Assembly: GCA_051294375.1 (NCBI GenBank)
Contig: CM119264.1
Coordinates: forward strand, 10,639,832 to 10,703,831
Source of the DNA: Paraspadella gotoi
Lineage: Eukaryota > Animalia > Chaetognatha
Length of the DNA stretch: 64,000 bases
Direction: 5' to 3'
Numbering within the stretch: the stretch's first letter is position 1; each line of letters begins with the position of its first letter. The notes beneath the pieces were generated by a model. It made no database searches. It was not told the origin of the DNA and was given only the letters and a program-made list of their open reading frames with translations. A program made the translations under genes and the position numbers. Below, piece by piece: positions 13,559 through 38,383 of the stretch.

Positions 13559-14636
13559 TTTAGTTAAAAAATTGTTTTTGTGACAATTTTTGTCTGACAG
13601 CACTGTTCCTCCATCAAGAAAGTAAAATTTTAAATCACTCATTCTCGTTATATTTATGAATCAAGAAAATCTTACTGTAGCCGAAATATTTTTTTTCTTC
13701 GTTCACCCTCAACACCCATATCGCCTAACCTCATTCCCCCCGCATTATTCGCTGCGTGAAAAAAAGTTCTCACTCTAACCCCTTCACCCTCATTTCCTCT
13801 TCCTTGATATCGAATGTCATGAAAATTTGCTTTCGCTCGTTGATATTCGGCGCCGCGTGAAGCGCGGGGAGTGACGCTGTGCGGCGCTGTGAGCCGTGAA
13901 GCGGCGTGGAGCGGAGGGAGTGACGCGAATTGGATTGATGCGGCGTGAAGCTGCTTGGGGCGGTTGGTATCGGCGCGGAGAAAATGTAGTGAATCGTCAT
14001 GTGGCGTGGAGCGACGTTGGGCCAGGTTTATCGGCGTCGTGCGGAGTGTAGCGGCGTGGAACGTGTCGAGTCGAGCGCCACCATTCAAACTCGCAAAAAG
14101 AAGTGACAAAGAATCTAAACTACATAAAAAAAATTCGAGGAAAAGAAAGAGAAAAAAAGGAAGAAATTTCGCTCTTGTTTTTCCATTATTCCTTTTTTTT
14201 TTCGGGGTAGGAAATAAAAACGTTGTCAGCAGATTTTGCGCTAAACCACAGCTTGTCTTTTTTCTTTTCTTTTTTTTTTTGGTGAATAACCAGATCTGAC
14301 TTTTTATTTCTTTCTATCTTTTTTTTATATATATATTTCAACTTTTTTCTTTCTTTCATTCCTATAATTGGGTCTTTTAATTTTTTTTCCTCTGATTTGT
14401 TTTTCCTGATTAATGATAAATGAAAAAAATTTCGGGCTTCGATGTTTTGAAAAAAAAAGTTTAAGCGCGAAGAATTTCTCCTATTTGCTTTCACCAATGT
14501 TCGAAAACGTCACTTCTCAATTCCTCTTCCTATTTTAACCCTTAATGATCACGTGAGCCTCTTTATTTTACGAAGATCCCACCCACACAAAAAAAAGAGC
14601 CGCAAAAAGCCGAGTTCGAAAAAAAAGATATCCAAG

Positions 14637-14693
<57 letters not shown>

Positions 14694-16155
14694 GAGAGAG
14701 AGCAGAGAGTAAGAGGAGAGAGAGTAAAAAAATAGAGGGTAAAAAAAAAGAATCTGGTAGTAGTTACGCTTCTCACAGCTCGGGGGACTTCTGCAGGCGA
14801 TGGCATTCGTTTTACAGAGTCGGGAGTTTCGTGACTTCGTCACGCGAAAATCTCTTCTCTCTTTTTACAAGAATTCTGTGTAAAGAAAAACTACGATAAT
14901 TCGAATTGAGACTTTGTCGATTTGTACGTCCACACCCAGTTAACATTTGATGAGGGACAAATAGACAAGGTTGTCGACCGCTAGGAGGATTAGCCTTTTG
15001 TTTTTTTAATTTTTGTTCCCTTTTTTTCCTTCGTTGACGTCATTTACGGATGAATAATTCATTATTATTTTTTCGTGATCTTCGCGTTTATTTTTTATTT
15101 TTATTCGCGATGTTTTTTTTTCGTAAATGAATCTCCCGAATGCAAACAAAAACAAAAAAACAAAAAAATAACGGGGAAAGTAAACGCGGAGCGAAAGTCT
15201 CGCATTATTACTCTTATCGCGACTCCAGGGAAAAACAAAACAAACAAAAAGCAAAAGAACAACGAAAGGTGTGAACCAACGAGATTTTCGTCTCCTCGCG
15301 CTATTCACGTCTAAAACTGAAATGACCTATTAATATATACATTATTTACTTGTCTTAAAAATATTCAAAGAATACTACATTCACTTATTCTTTATGAAGT
15401 AAGTATGATGTTTAAAAAAAATATTTTAACTTAAATCCAGGTTTCCTATCATGTATGTATATCATGTATTAATAGCAAAATAATGCTTAAATTTTTAACC
15501 TGGTGATTGATTCGCTTCCTTCGTCCGCACGCATCGTTTCTCGTGCGTATCGTTCTTACGCGTCGTGCGAACTCCAAATCTCCAAACGACTGATTCCTAC
15601 TTGCAAGTTCTGCCCCGAATTTTTTTTTCTAGTTTTCTATCCAATCTCCTTATTTCCTCTTATTCTCCGTATTTCACTTTTTTCTTTCTTTTTTTTCTTC
15701 CAACGAGAGAAAAAAAATGTGTTATTTTCGGTTTTGCGAAGGAAAGCGACTGAGCAAACATTCAACTTCGTTTTCTCAAGCAAACAAAAACCAGGTTTGA
15801 TAAAGCCTCGGGTTCTCGTTATACTTCGGGTGAGCGTAACGTCCTCGCTTTTGAAAGAAAGTTACCTAGTCGCCGTTTTTTTGGAAAGAAAATTCGAAAT
15901 TTTGAAAGCGGAGGTAAGCTTCTTCTTTTCTCGTTGCCTTGGCGAAAGAGAGAGAGAGANNNNNNNNNNNNNNNNNNNNNNNNNNNNNNNNNNNNNNNNN
16001 NNNNNNNNNNNNNNNNNNNNNNNNNNNNNNNNNNNNNNNNNNNNNNNNNNNNNNNNNNNNNNNNNNNNNNNNNNNNNNNNNNNNNNNNNNNNNNNNNNNN
16101 NNNNNNNNNNNNNNNNNNNNNNNNNNNNNNNNNNNNNNNNNNNNNNNNNNNNNNN

Positions 16156-16186
<31 letters not shown>

Positions 16187-16237
16187 AATTTGAATGACAG
16201 AATTCTGATTCACTCTACCTGGCCAGGGCTGTCTTAC

Positions 16238-16416
16238 CTTTCGTCGTCNNNNNNNNNNTCGTCGTCGTCCCTGGGGGAGTTGTCGTCATCGAGGACGTCA
16301 TCGTCGTCGTCTCCAGCGTCGCTTCGAAATCTCCGGCGGCTGCCACTCGTTCTGTTTCTTCCGCATGGAATTTCCCAGTTTTTAAACAGATTTTCTCACC
16401 GACGACCAATTCGAAG
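16238..16416 (-). CDS. Candidate internal coding exon with Thr-rich tail (FELVVGEKICLKTGKFHAEETERVAAAGDFEATLETTTMTSSMTTTPPGTTT..TTK)
   Basis: Acceptor GTCAG|C (phase 2) and donor AAG|GTAAGA (phase 1); frame open apart from a 10-N gap; phases fit the candidate exons at 17592-17373 and 11268. Confidence 0.3.
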
Positions 16417-16540
16417 CTGACGACAACTACAACGACCACGACAACAACAACAACGAGATGAATCATCGGCGAAGATTGAGCCCAGGTGGCGTTGATTGCC
16501 ATGAACTTGTTCGCCCCTCTTTCTCAGTACATTTGTCGTT

Positions 16541-28920
<12,380 letters not shown>

Positions 28921-29548
28921 TCGTCGTCGGCGTCTTCGTCCGATTGACGCAGGCGATAATAAGTTTAGTAACCACACGCGCCTCCGCTCCGGGTCTGTCA
29001 TCCCGCCCTTGTCATCGCCCGCGGCCCCTGGTGTGTCACTTTCACTTTGCCCGCGTCCCGTGTCGGTCAAACCCGCATTTGACATCAGGACTCATTCTCG
29101 TCGATCAGCGAAGTCGAAAAGTGATAACAACAACAACATCAAGGATCAATTAATCCTACGACGAACGATTAACTTTTCATTTTCTCCCTGCAAAGTCATT
29201 TTTAACAAGAAATTAAGATTATAAATTCTATACACTGTGTTTAAATTTTTTTTTGTACAAAAATACTAATTTTGAATAAAACTTACTAAGAAATATTCAA
29301 TTAGTCGTGGGAAATCCTTCAAACTTATCAACTTCTCATTAATCAATAGTTAATTCAATTAACTTAATTAAACAATAAATATTTTTAAACTATATTTTGT
29401 TTTTAGAAGGGTATTCTAACTTAAAGGATTGGTTAATTGTTAAATTTAGTAAAAAAAGTCAAGAGTGAAAATTATGCTTAGCGATCTTTTTTTTCACAAT
29501 CAGGTTTCAAACTTCGATTCTACTTCTCGCCTCCGTTTCTGTTCCGAA

Positions 29549-29673
<125 letters not shown>

Positions 29674-31151
29674 CCATCACTCTCACTGTGAATCTCTTAC
29701 TCTTCGTCTCGTGACAAAAACCTGGCGAGATTTGATGTGACGCGCGGTGACAGAAGATCCGTTCGGTGGAGGAAGGTGGGAGGAAGGAAAGGAAGGAAAA
29801 GGGGAAAAAAGAAAGGAAAAGAAAAAGAAGGGAGTTGGAGGAGAGAATCGGTGAATAGGTTTTCAAGGATGAGAGGACGAGCTGGTGGCGGGGGGAGGCA
29901 GAGGAGGTTCGCTGACATCCGCACTCCCGTCGGGCTGCCGTCTCTCGTTTCGCATAACCAAACGTCAAGACAAGCGACGACGACGGCGCAGCAGCGACGG
30001 CGACCCAGCGGCGACGCAGCTGCTTTCAATTACGTCATATAGAATCGCATTACTTTTGTCTGTATATTTGTACGAATTGTACGATATTAGATGAGATCAT
30101 TGAATAATTTACAGGAAAAAAAAAATCACAGATTCAAAATTGAAAATAATTTAATCATTAATGATTAAACGTTTTAAAATATAGTTATATTCAGATATAA
30201 TTTTGCGATATTGTTTTAGAAACAGTTTGTTTTTTTAAGGAGGATAATTTGGCTCATATACGTTCCTCTATCCATTTCGAATTCGCGTGACGAATGAATT
30301 AATGGGAAAAAATGAATGAATCAGCAAGTAAAATTAAAAACGAATTGAGGGGAACTAGAGGAAAGTAAAAGAAGGAAAAGTTGAGGGTAGAAAAGAAGAG
30401 GCATCTGGAGAAAAGAAAGAAAAATAAGAGAAAAAGAAAAACAAGAAAGATTTAGACGAATAAAAAAAAGCAAGAGAGAAAGAAGATTGGAGATAGAGGT
30501 AAACGCTCTCTCTCGTAGTGACTTGCGCTGACAAAGATTTTATTCTTTCGTCGCAAAAAAATGTCAGGCAGGAGATCCAATATATATGATATTATCATCA
30601 ACGCATACGAAGATGGAGAAAAATAAGTTGTGGAGAGAGAGAGAGAGGAAGAGAGAAGAGAGAGAGACGAGAGAGAGAGAGAGAGAGAGACTTTCAGAGG
30701 TGAGAGTCCGCGGCCAAATTTATTAGGGCGACGAAGAATCCTGAAGCAACTTGGGTGTGAAAAGAGGCACCTCTTGGCGAGTCGCCCTTTGGTGAATCTT
30801 CTTTCTAAACACAAAATGATATCACGAAATTCGTTTGTTCTCTTACTCTGAGCATTTTATACTAAAGCACCAAACTCAACCGAATTCACATATAACTGAA
30901 TATAAAGCATTCCCAAATTATAACTAATGCCCGAAAGAGCTCCTTATCAGATATGTTCAACTCTCGCATCTCTTCCAGATCGGTTAACATTCTTCCCGAT
31001 CGGCTAAAAGGGGTGACGTCGGTGAGCCTTTTTTTCGTGACTCGCGGTTTCTCGCGCACTTTCCTTTTATGGCAACGAAAAACTCCGCGTAGGAGAGACT
31101 AATTAAATTTGGGGCAGAGGGAACAAGGATAATATATATTTCCAAAACTCG

Positions 31152-31214
<63 letters not shown>

Positions 31215-32487
31215 AAAAAGCGATATCGCTCTGGAAGCATCTTTCTAAAAATCGTTTTGCGACGACTATTGGCTTCGCGTTTCACTCGCTATCCGTCGAC
31301 CAAAGTTGATTAGGTGGCACCAGATGGCGACCGGTTCCATCCAACGATTTTATCGGCCGAGTAATGGAATCGGAATTTCCAAGGTTTGCCAACCTTCGTC
31401 TCCTTATATAGGTTTCTCGAGCTCTTTATTTTCTGTTATCTGAACATTTTAATTCCTTTTTTTATTTTATGAAAAACAAACAAACATTTAAAAAAGTTTT
31501 CAATTCAAAAAAGTTTGTTGAATTCCTACGCGGATCCTAAAAAATCTTATCGCAAAGCTATTTCCTACTTGATAATTTTCCTATTTGTTTGCTATTCGAA
31601 GTTTTTCACTACATTTTTAAAAAATAATTTTATTTTTTTACCCTACGCTATATCCAGAGTTTGTTTGTTTTTCTTTCATTTCGTTGCGTTATTGGTTTGA
31701 GGTAGAAAATGAATTGTTTGTTTACGTCCAACGAGTTTTATTGAGAAACATCAATTTCGGGCATGTTCTCGAATGTAGAGTGAAAATCTAGTAACTTAGA
31801 TATTCCGCTGTATTTTAATAAATTCCTCCCTATCATTTCTTGCTCCATCCTGACACCTTTGAATAATGTATGACGGAACGGGGGTTGGGAAGTCGGTGGA
31901 TTTAAAAGCTTCATCTGCCTAATGTCTTTATGCGTTTCAGTTATTGCGATCTTACCGTTATTTCTGATTAGAGAACGTAAAAAAAAGAGGAAATTGACAA
32001 ATAATTTTAAGTAACAGAAAAGAGGTCAGCCCTTTGTTTTTATTATACTTTTTATACCAAGTTAGTCATAGCTGACGTTAAGAAGTAATTTTGTTTACTT
32101 TTGGTTTGAATATTGGAAAAGAAAACGGTCGCCACGGATTAAAAAAGAAGTAGGTGAAGTATAAGTCTAAAAAAAAAGCATTTTAAAACGGTCAAAACAA
32201 ATTTAGAAACAAGCCGCCCCAAATATCTAGATCCAATACAAAATTGAAGGATTAGCTTGAGCAAACTTGAAACATTCTGTTGGCTCAGTGGCTCTGTCAC
32301 TGCCCAAGAGAAGATGACATCATTTAACGTGGGGACCGTTGGGTGTAGCAAGTTTCCCCGACGATATATAGCTTGTTTACCAATGTTTCAATCAAACAAA
32401 TGAAATAATTGCGTCAAAAAGAATGCGTAACTGCGCATGCGCCGTCGCTTCCCCCGTCGTCAATTTTGTTTACCGATATCGACGCAG

Positions 32488-32520
32488 GGAGACATCGGAA
32501 AAAAACGGGGAAGCGACGAA
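32488..32520 (+). CDS. PTBP: Candidate distal 33-nt PTB micro-exon encoding GDIGKKRGSDE (N-terminal half of the bipartite NLS)
   Basis: Preceded by ttttgttt..GCAG, followed by GT(GGAA), phase 0-0. Peptide resembles the conserved PTB N-terminal motif (human PTBP1 DIAVGTKRGSDEL), which the main ORF lacks. Donor is weak. Confidence 0.5.
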
Positions 32521-35083
32521 GTGGAAACGAAAATTCAATGGAAGCGATTTTTTTTTATCCTGTGGTTCTTTGTCCATTCGCAAAGCCATTATTATGCTGC
32601 AACGGGCAAAGAGGGAGAACGGGAGAAATGCATGACTTTGAGAATCTGTTCTTGTCAGAGCATATGTATCTCATGTGAAAAAAAGTAAGAGTGGTGATCA
32701 CATTTCCATTATTTGGGCAAAGAGATACTGTAGTAGAAACACAAACATCCCTATCCTAAAAAACTAATGTTTTATTTATAAATCAGATCGTTTACGTTTT
32801 TGCATCGCAATATGAAACGCGGAATGCACCGTACTTTAATACAAGTAGATAAAAAGTCCACTAAAAAAATGCTGACCATCACAAAAAAAAAAGAGAACAA
32901 TTTAAAAAAAAAAGCAGAGTTGACATTTGCGAAGAGAACGAAAATCCCGAGAGTAAATAAACATTAAACAGGGAAATTAATGGCCGAGCAAACACAAGCG
33001 CTCAACGCAGGGCATGAATTTAATTTTTACCAAGTAATTATTTACGTATATAATATATATGCGCTTTTATTGGAATGCAACGGGCTTGATTCGGTACAAA
33101 CATCTTTAAAACAGAAGGTTTAAAAATTTTATCCTACAAAAATATTTCTTATTTTTAAAAAAAAATATTTCTATATGTTGTAACGAACGTATCATTAAAA
33201 TTAAACAACTTTATCAATGGTTAAGATCGAAACCCCCCCCCCCCAAAAAAAAAATCGTTTCGTATTCGAACGAAATAGATTTTAAAAGGATTGAAGGATT
33301 CTCGTTCTCAGGCGACAGAAACGTAAAACTTGCAACCAAAAGCCTTTTTTACGCCGAGTGTCTCACATTTTTTTTCTCGATCTCCACTTTTACGAAAATC
33401 CAACACAGAGGTTTTATTTTATTTTTTATTTTTTTGCGAGATTTTCAAGAGGCATAAAGTAGCAAATAACTTTGCTTCGACCTAAAGAGACCTGGTCTTC
33501 AGTGCTCTGTGAGAAAAAAAAATAAAAGAAAAATCTCAAAGCTATCATAACCTGATCCGGAAAAAAACTACTAGGATTTTGACGACAGCCATCACGAAGG
33601 TGACCATAATGATGAAATTCTGATGATGATGAAGATGATGATCGAAAGTGGAATCGAGAAACGTGGAGATTCGATATCCTGACAATGAATACATACACTA
33701 AAGATGTGAGCTTCTTGCACGACTCTTTTCGTCAGTCGAGAACGACGTTCGCGATGACCTCAAAAAAAAAAAAAAAAAGAATCACAACTAATTCCATTTC
33801 GACGACTGAGTCTGACTCGAATTTAATCTTGCCAATCTATCAACAACGACAATCCCATCAATCCCCAAAGATTAAATTTATTCCGTCAAATTCATGTCCG
33901 ATTTTATCATCTAAATTAGGAAGCAGCGGGGAATAAAAACATTACTGCCAATCGCTGCCGACCAAATGGCAAATGTCAAGTGTGAAGAGTCGATGCCGAT
34001 ATTCACCGGAGGATAGAATTAAACTAAACTACCAGGAACCGAAATGTCAACCAAAATCAATATTTTATCCAACGACGATTCAAATCGCAATTAAAATCTG
34101 TTTAATATTTGACCTGAAGAAAAGAACCAATGAAAGTTCCTTAAGACCGGGTCGCTCGTCTCAGAGCCGTCACGGCCAGTCACGCCTCGTAAACATCCTT
34201 AAACGACAGAAGGGGAAAAAAAAACCGTTGACATTTGACGCTTGATTCAGGCGGAGAGAAAGCATTCGTGTTTCTCACCTCTCTGGGATTGTCTCTCACC
34301 TTTACTTTCGCTTTTTTTTCTGTTCTTGTTTTGTGTTTTTGCCCTCTTCTTTTCCAAATTTTACTGTATTACCTTCTTTTGTTTATCTAGATTGTTCTAA
34401 ATGATTTTTCAGTTTGTCTTTCAACTATCTCTTTTCAGTTCTTCTATCCAGGATATTTTTTCAGTTCATATTTCTACTATTAGTTTTCAGTTCGTGTTTC
34501 CACTGTCATTTATAAGTTTGTCTTTCCTCCATTTTTTAAAAGAAATCTTTCCACTGGTATTTTTCTGTTCGTCTGTCCCCTGACATTTTTCAGTTCATCT
34601 TATACCATTATTTTTCAGTTCATCTTTCATCAATTCTCCCTTCCCAATCTCAAATCGATTTTTTTTTCTCATTTTCCTCGTCCCTGTTTCGTCTGCGTCG
34701 CTTCGCCTTTGGGATTCGAGCCAAAATTTGGCTTTTCCAAAATTGGCGCCGATTTTCTCTGATGGAAATCCTGTTGGACTCGTCATCTTCGTCGTCGCCA
34801 GGATGTTTCGTCGTCGTCGCCAGGATATTTCGTCGTCGTCGTCGTCGTCGTCTTTAGCGTCGTTTATAGCCTGTATTATTTTCATTCACCTATGCATTAC
34901 AACATAAAGTCACAGAGTAGGAGTTTGGCTCCTCGGTCAAAACGTTGTTGAAGATATCTCTCTGGTTTCGTCGTTGGTAGAGTTTGTACTTTTGTTCGTA
35001 ATTTTGTCAGTCATTCCTGTCATCATTTTCGTAGATTTCAACACGAAAATTGTCGTCAAGGTCGTTTTCGAATTCGTTCTGTT

Positions 35084-35121
<38 letters not shown>

Positions 35122-35220
35122 TGCTGTCCCTCTTCTTCCATTAACACCCAAGAAATCGAGTTTCGTGGCGGGAAACGGCTTTATTGGATGGAGGGACGGA
35201 GGGACCAACGGACTGACGAC

Positions 35221-35293
<73 letters not shown>

Positions 35294-35713
35294 AAGGGAG
35301 AGATTTTAAAGATCTGAGGATTTTTCTTTTTTGAACTGCTAAGAATAGAATATCCAATTTTACTTGGAGACAAAAAATTTGAGGAAAAAAAAAACTGTAC
35401 TAAAAGCGATTATAAGAAAATATTGATAAAAAAAAAAAAAAAAAAGCTTTAAAAAATATAATTGTGATTTGGGGTTTTGGTGGGTAAATTCCTTTTACTA
35501 CTCAATAAATTGAGAAAAAAGTTATAACTAATCCTAAGATAGTAAAAGAGGGGGGGAGGATTTTGTAAAAATTAAAAGAAGAACTAAGGAAAAAAAGGAA
35601 AGCGTGAGCAGGGAAATCAGTGGAACTCCGTTTCGATTCATAACGAGAAAAAGAAAAAGCTGGGTAGACGCTCAAGAGATCTCCACCTCCACGTCATAAC
35701 AAAAGAGAGAGAG

Positions 35714-35754
<41 letters not shown>

Positions 35755-35874
35755 AGAGAGTGAGAAAAGAGGGAGCCTCTTCCTTTGGTTTAATCACGTT
35801 AACGCGCTGATAGAGAGAGAAGAGAGAGAAGAGAGACGAGAGAGAGAGGAGAGAGAGAGAGAGTGAGAAGAGAG

Positions 35875-35924
<50 letters not shown>

Positions 35925-36512
35925 AGAGAGAGAGTGAGAAAAAAGATATTTCATGTTCCTCCACGCCGGGCGCAGACGAAAATGTTTCGGTATTAAACTG
36001 AAATTTTTCTCGCCATATAGTTCCCGGCGAAACAGTCGTTGGAGGGACGAAACCGAGTTTTTCCTGGGCCAGAGAGAATGGAAGTGAGATAATGGGAAAG
36101 AATAAAAGAAAAGAGATGGAGGAGAAGAATGGGAAAGTAAAAACGCGAGAAAAAGGACAGACATTGAGAGAACTTTATACTTTCCATATTTGAGGTAGGG
36201 TTAAAGTTGTGAGCGTTGGTAAGTTTCTATCGTTCCAAGTTGAAAAATTGGGAGGTTTGAAAAGAGGTTTCGTCTCTTACTCTCTCTCTCTCTCTCACTC
36301 TGCGAATGAACACCGTTTTTACGCGGAAAACACTCGGAGAGATAAACAGGTTTCCGCGCGGACGCGCCGGCGCATATTTTATGCCTCTTTGCTTATCTTC
36401 CTTGATCGGCGTTGAAACGTGGAGTGTAACTTTTTTAAATCGCTCCTGTTTCACCCCGGTGTGCCGAGAATACAAGTATGTCATCCTTCAGATCGCCTCC
36501 CGTGGGCGCTGC

Positions 36513-38383
36513 TAGGGGCGGCTCCGCGGGTGGCCCCGCGGGGCGGCCCGGGGGCAAGCAAAATCCTTACTGCCTAGGGGCGGCCCTGTAGCCTCTTTTT
36601 TTGGGCCCCAAGGGGCCACTCCAGGGAATCCCCCAGGGCGAAAAACCTTTCCCCTGGGGGCCACCCCCGGGGCATGAATTGCCTGCCCCTGGAACGGCTC
36701 TCTTTCCCTCTATTTCTCTCTCCCTCTCCTCTCTTTCTCTCTCTCCTCTCTCTCTTCTCTTCTCTATCTCTTTCTTTTTCATCTATTATTAAAATAAAAT
36801 ATAAAAATAAAAATATATTTTTCACTCAATTAATCAATCAATGAACCAATAGCTGCGCCAACACCAATATGCATATTTGGTAAAACTTGCATAATTTAGT
36901 CAAATGACATAATTTGGTCAACTGATATAATTTGGTCAACTTTTAGAATTTGATAAACTGCATAATTTTAAACTTGCATAATTTTGGTAAACTTGCATAA
37001 TTTAGACAACTTGGATATTTGGTCAACTTGCATAATTTTGTCAAACAATCCAACTTAACAATTAGCTAATTATTAATTTCATCTGTGAGAAATAGAAAGA
37101 AAGAAAGAGTGTAGAAAATTTTTTTAATAAATTCAAGTAATGTAACTTTTGTTTTTTCCATTAAACTCACTTCACTTGCACACTTTTTTACCACATACAA
37201 ATTTTATCTTATTCATTATGAAATTTTAAATAGTAGAATAAAGAGTAGGATGGTTTTTTAATTCCACTTATAAAAATAATTTAATTAATTATATTTAATT
37301 ACTTATTAATATCAGTCTTTAAGTCTGTCCACATTAGCATTAAACTCAAATTATTCGTGATTAGATATATGGATTGGAATGAAATCTTGTGTGTGGTAGA
37401 AAATGTTGATTGAGCTCGATATAAAGTTTTGCTCACTCTCTCTCTCAACCATCAGCCTTTCCTCAACAACGTGATTCATCAGAGGAATCTATAAACTGAC
37501 AATTTTTTAATTACAAATCTTAAATGAAAAAAATTTATTTCACGATGTGAACTCATTATGTTTGATCATAAATAAAAATCTGATGAATATTTTTTTTTTG
37601 GGGGGGGACTCTATAATTCACTAAGTAGATCTGTCGATTACTGCTATTATTTGTTATTTATGATTTATTTAATTCTTTTTTTGAACATCAAATTATGAAT
37701 ATTTTTTAAAAAAATTATGTTTCTCTCTATCAGTCTATCAGATGTCCATCCAAAAAAAAAAAGAAAAAAAAAAAAAAAAAAAAGGAAAAAAAAAAAAGAC
37801 AGATGACTGATTAGCTTCTTACTACTAAATATGTGGTCACGTCATACATTGTTTGCTCAAACTTGTTTCTATATCTTTTAATTGAAATAAATAATTAAGT
37901 TTCAAAATACAAATATTATAATTTTTAGATAAAATATGAATAAAAAAGTTAACAATAATTTTTAAAAATGTATATTTTTTTTTAGTTACATAAAACAAGT
38001 CTTGAAAGATTGAGAGAGAAAAAAGATAGAGAGAGAGAAAGAAAGAGAGAAAGAAAAGAAAAAAAGAAAAAGAAAAAAAGAGAAAAAAAAGAGAGAGAGA
38101 GAGAGGAGAAAAGAGAGAGAGAGAGGAGAAAGTGGAGAGAAGAGAAAGAGAGAAAGAGAGAGTAACAGACAGGAGAGATTCTCAGATACAATTACATTGT
38201 CAGAAAGTATATTTTTCATCTAAACCTTTGCTTCTCCTTAACTTCGCCAGGGGGAGCACTTTTTTGCTCCCACAAGGAACCCCCCTGGGGCAAACATTTG
38301 GGTCTATTAGGGGCGCCCCCTCAATGACCATTTCTGCTCCCCCTGGAATGTCTGCCCCTGGGCCGCCCTAGAGCCACCCGCGG
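36513..38383. mobile_element. Non-autonomous DNA transposon / foldback-like element, about 1.9 kb, GC-rich inverted ends and AT-rich interior
   Basis: Left ccgcgggtggccccgcggggcggcccgggggca (36524-) matches the reverse complement of right tgcccctgggccgccctagagccacccgcgg (-38383). CCCCTGG/CCAGGG motifs repeat at both ends; left CT tract is mirrored by right GA tract. No ORF; no TSD identified. Confidence 0.6.
36872..37045. repeat. Minisatellite, about 9 copies of an 18-19-bp unit AACTTGCATAATTTGGTC
   Basis: Tandem aacttgcataattt(t)(g/a)gt(c/a) units seen directly inside the 36.5-38.4 kb element. Confidence 0.9.

Noticed and set aside
31316-31330. CTCF-like motif GCACCAGATGGCGA (similar string near 60268)
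   Set aside because: Single short motif matches cannot be distinguished from chance without ChIP or conservation.
36872-37045. CRISPR-like array
   Set aside because: Contiguous degenerate units without unique spacers, eukaryotic context, no cas genes.
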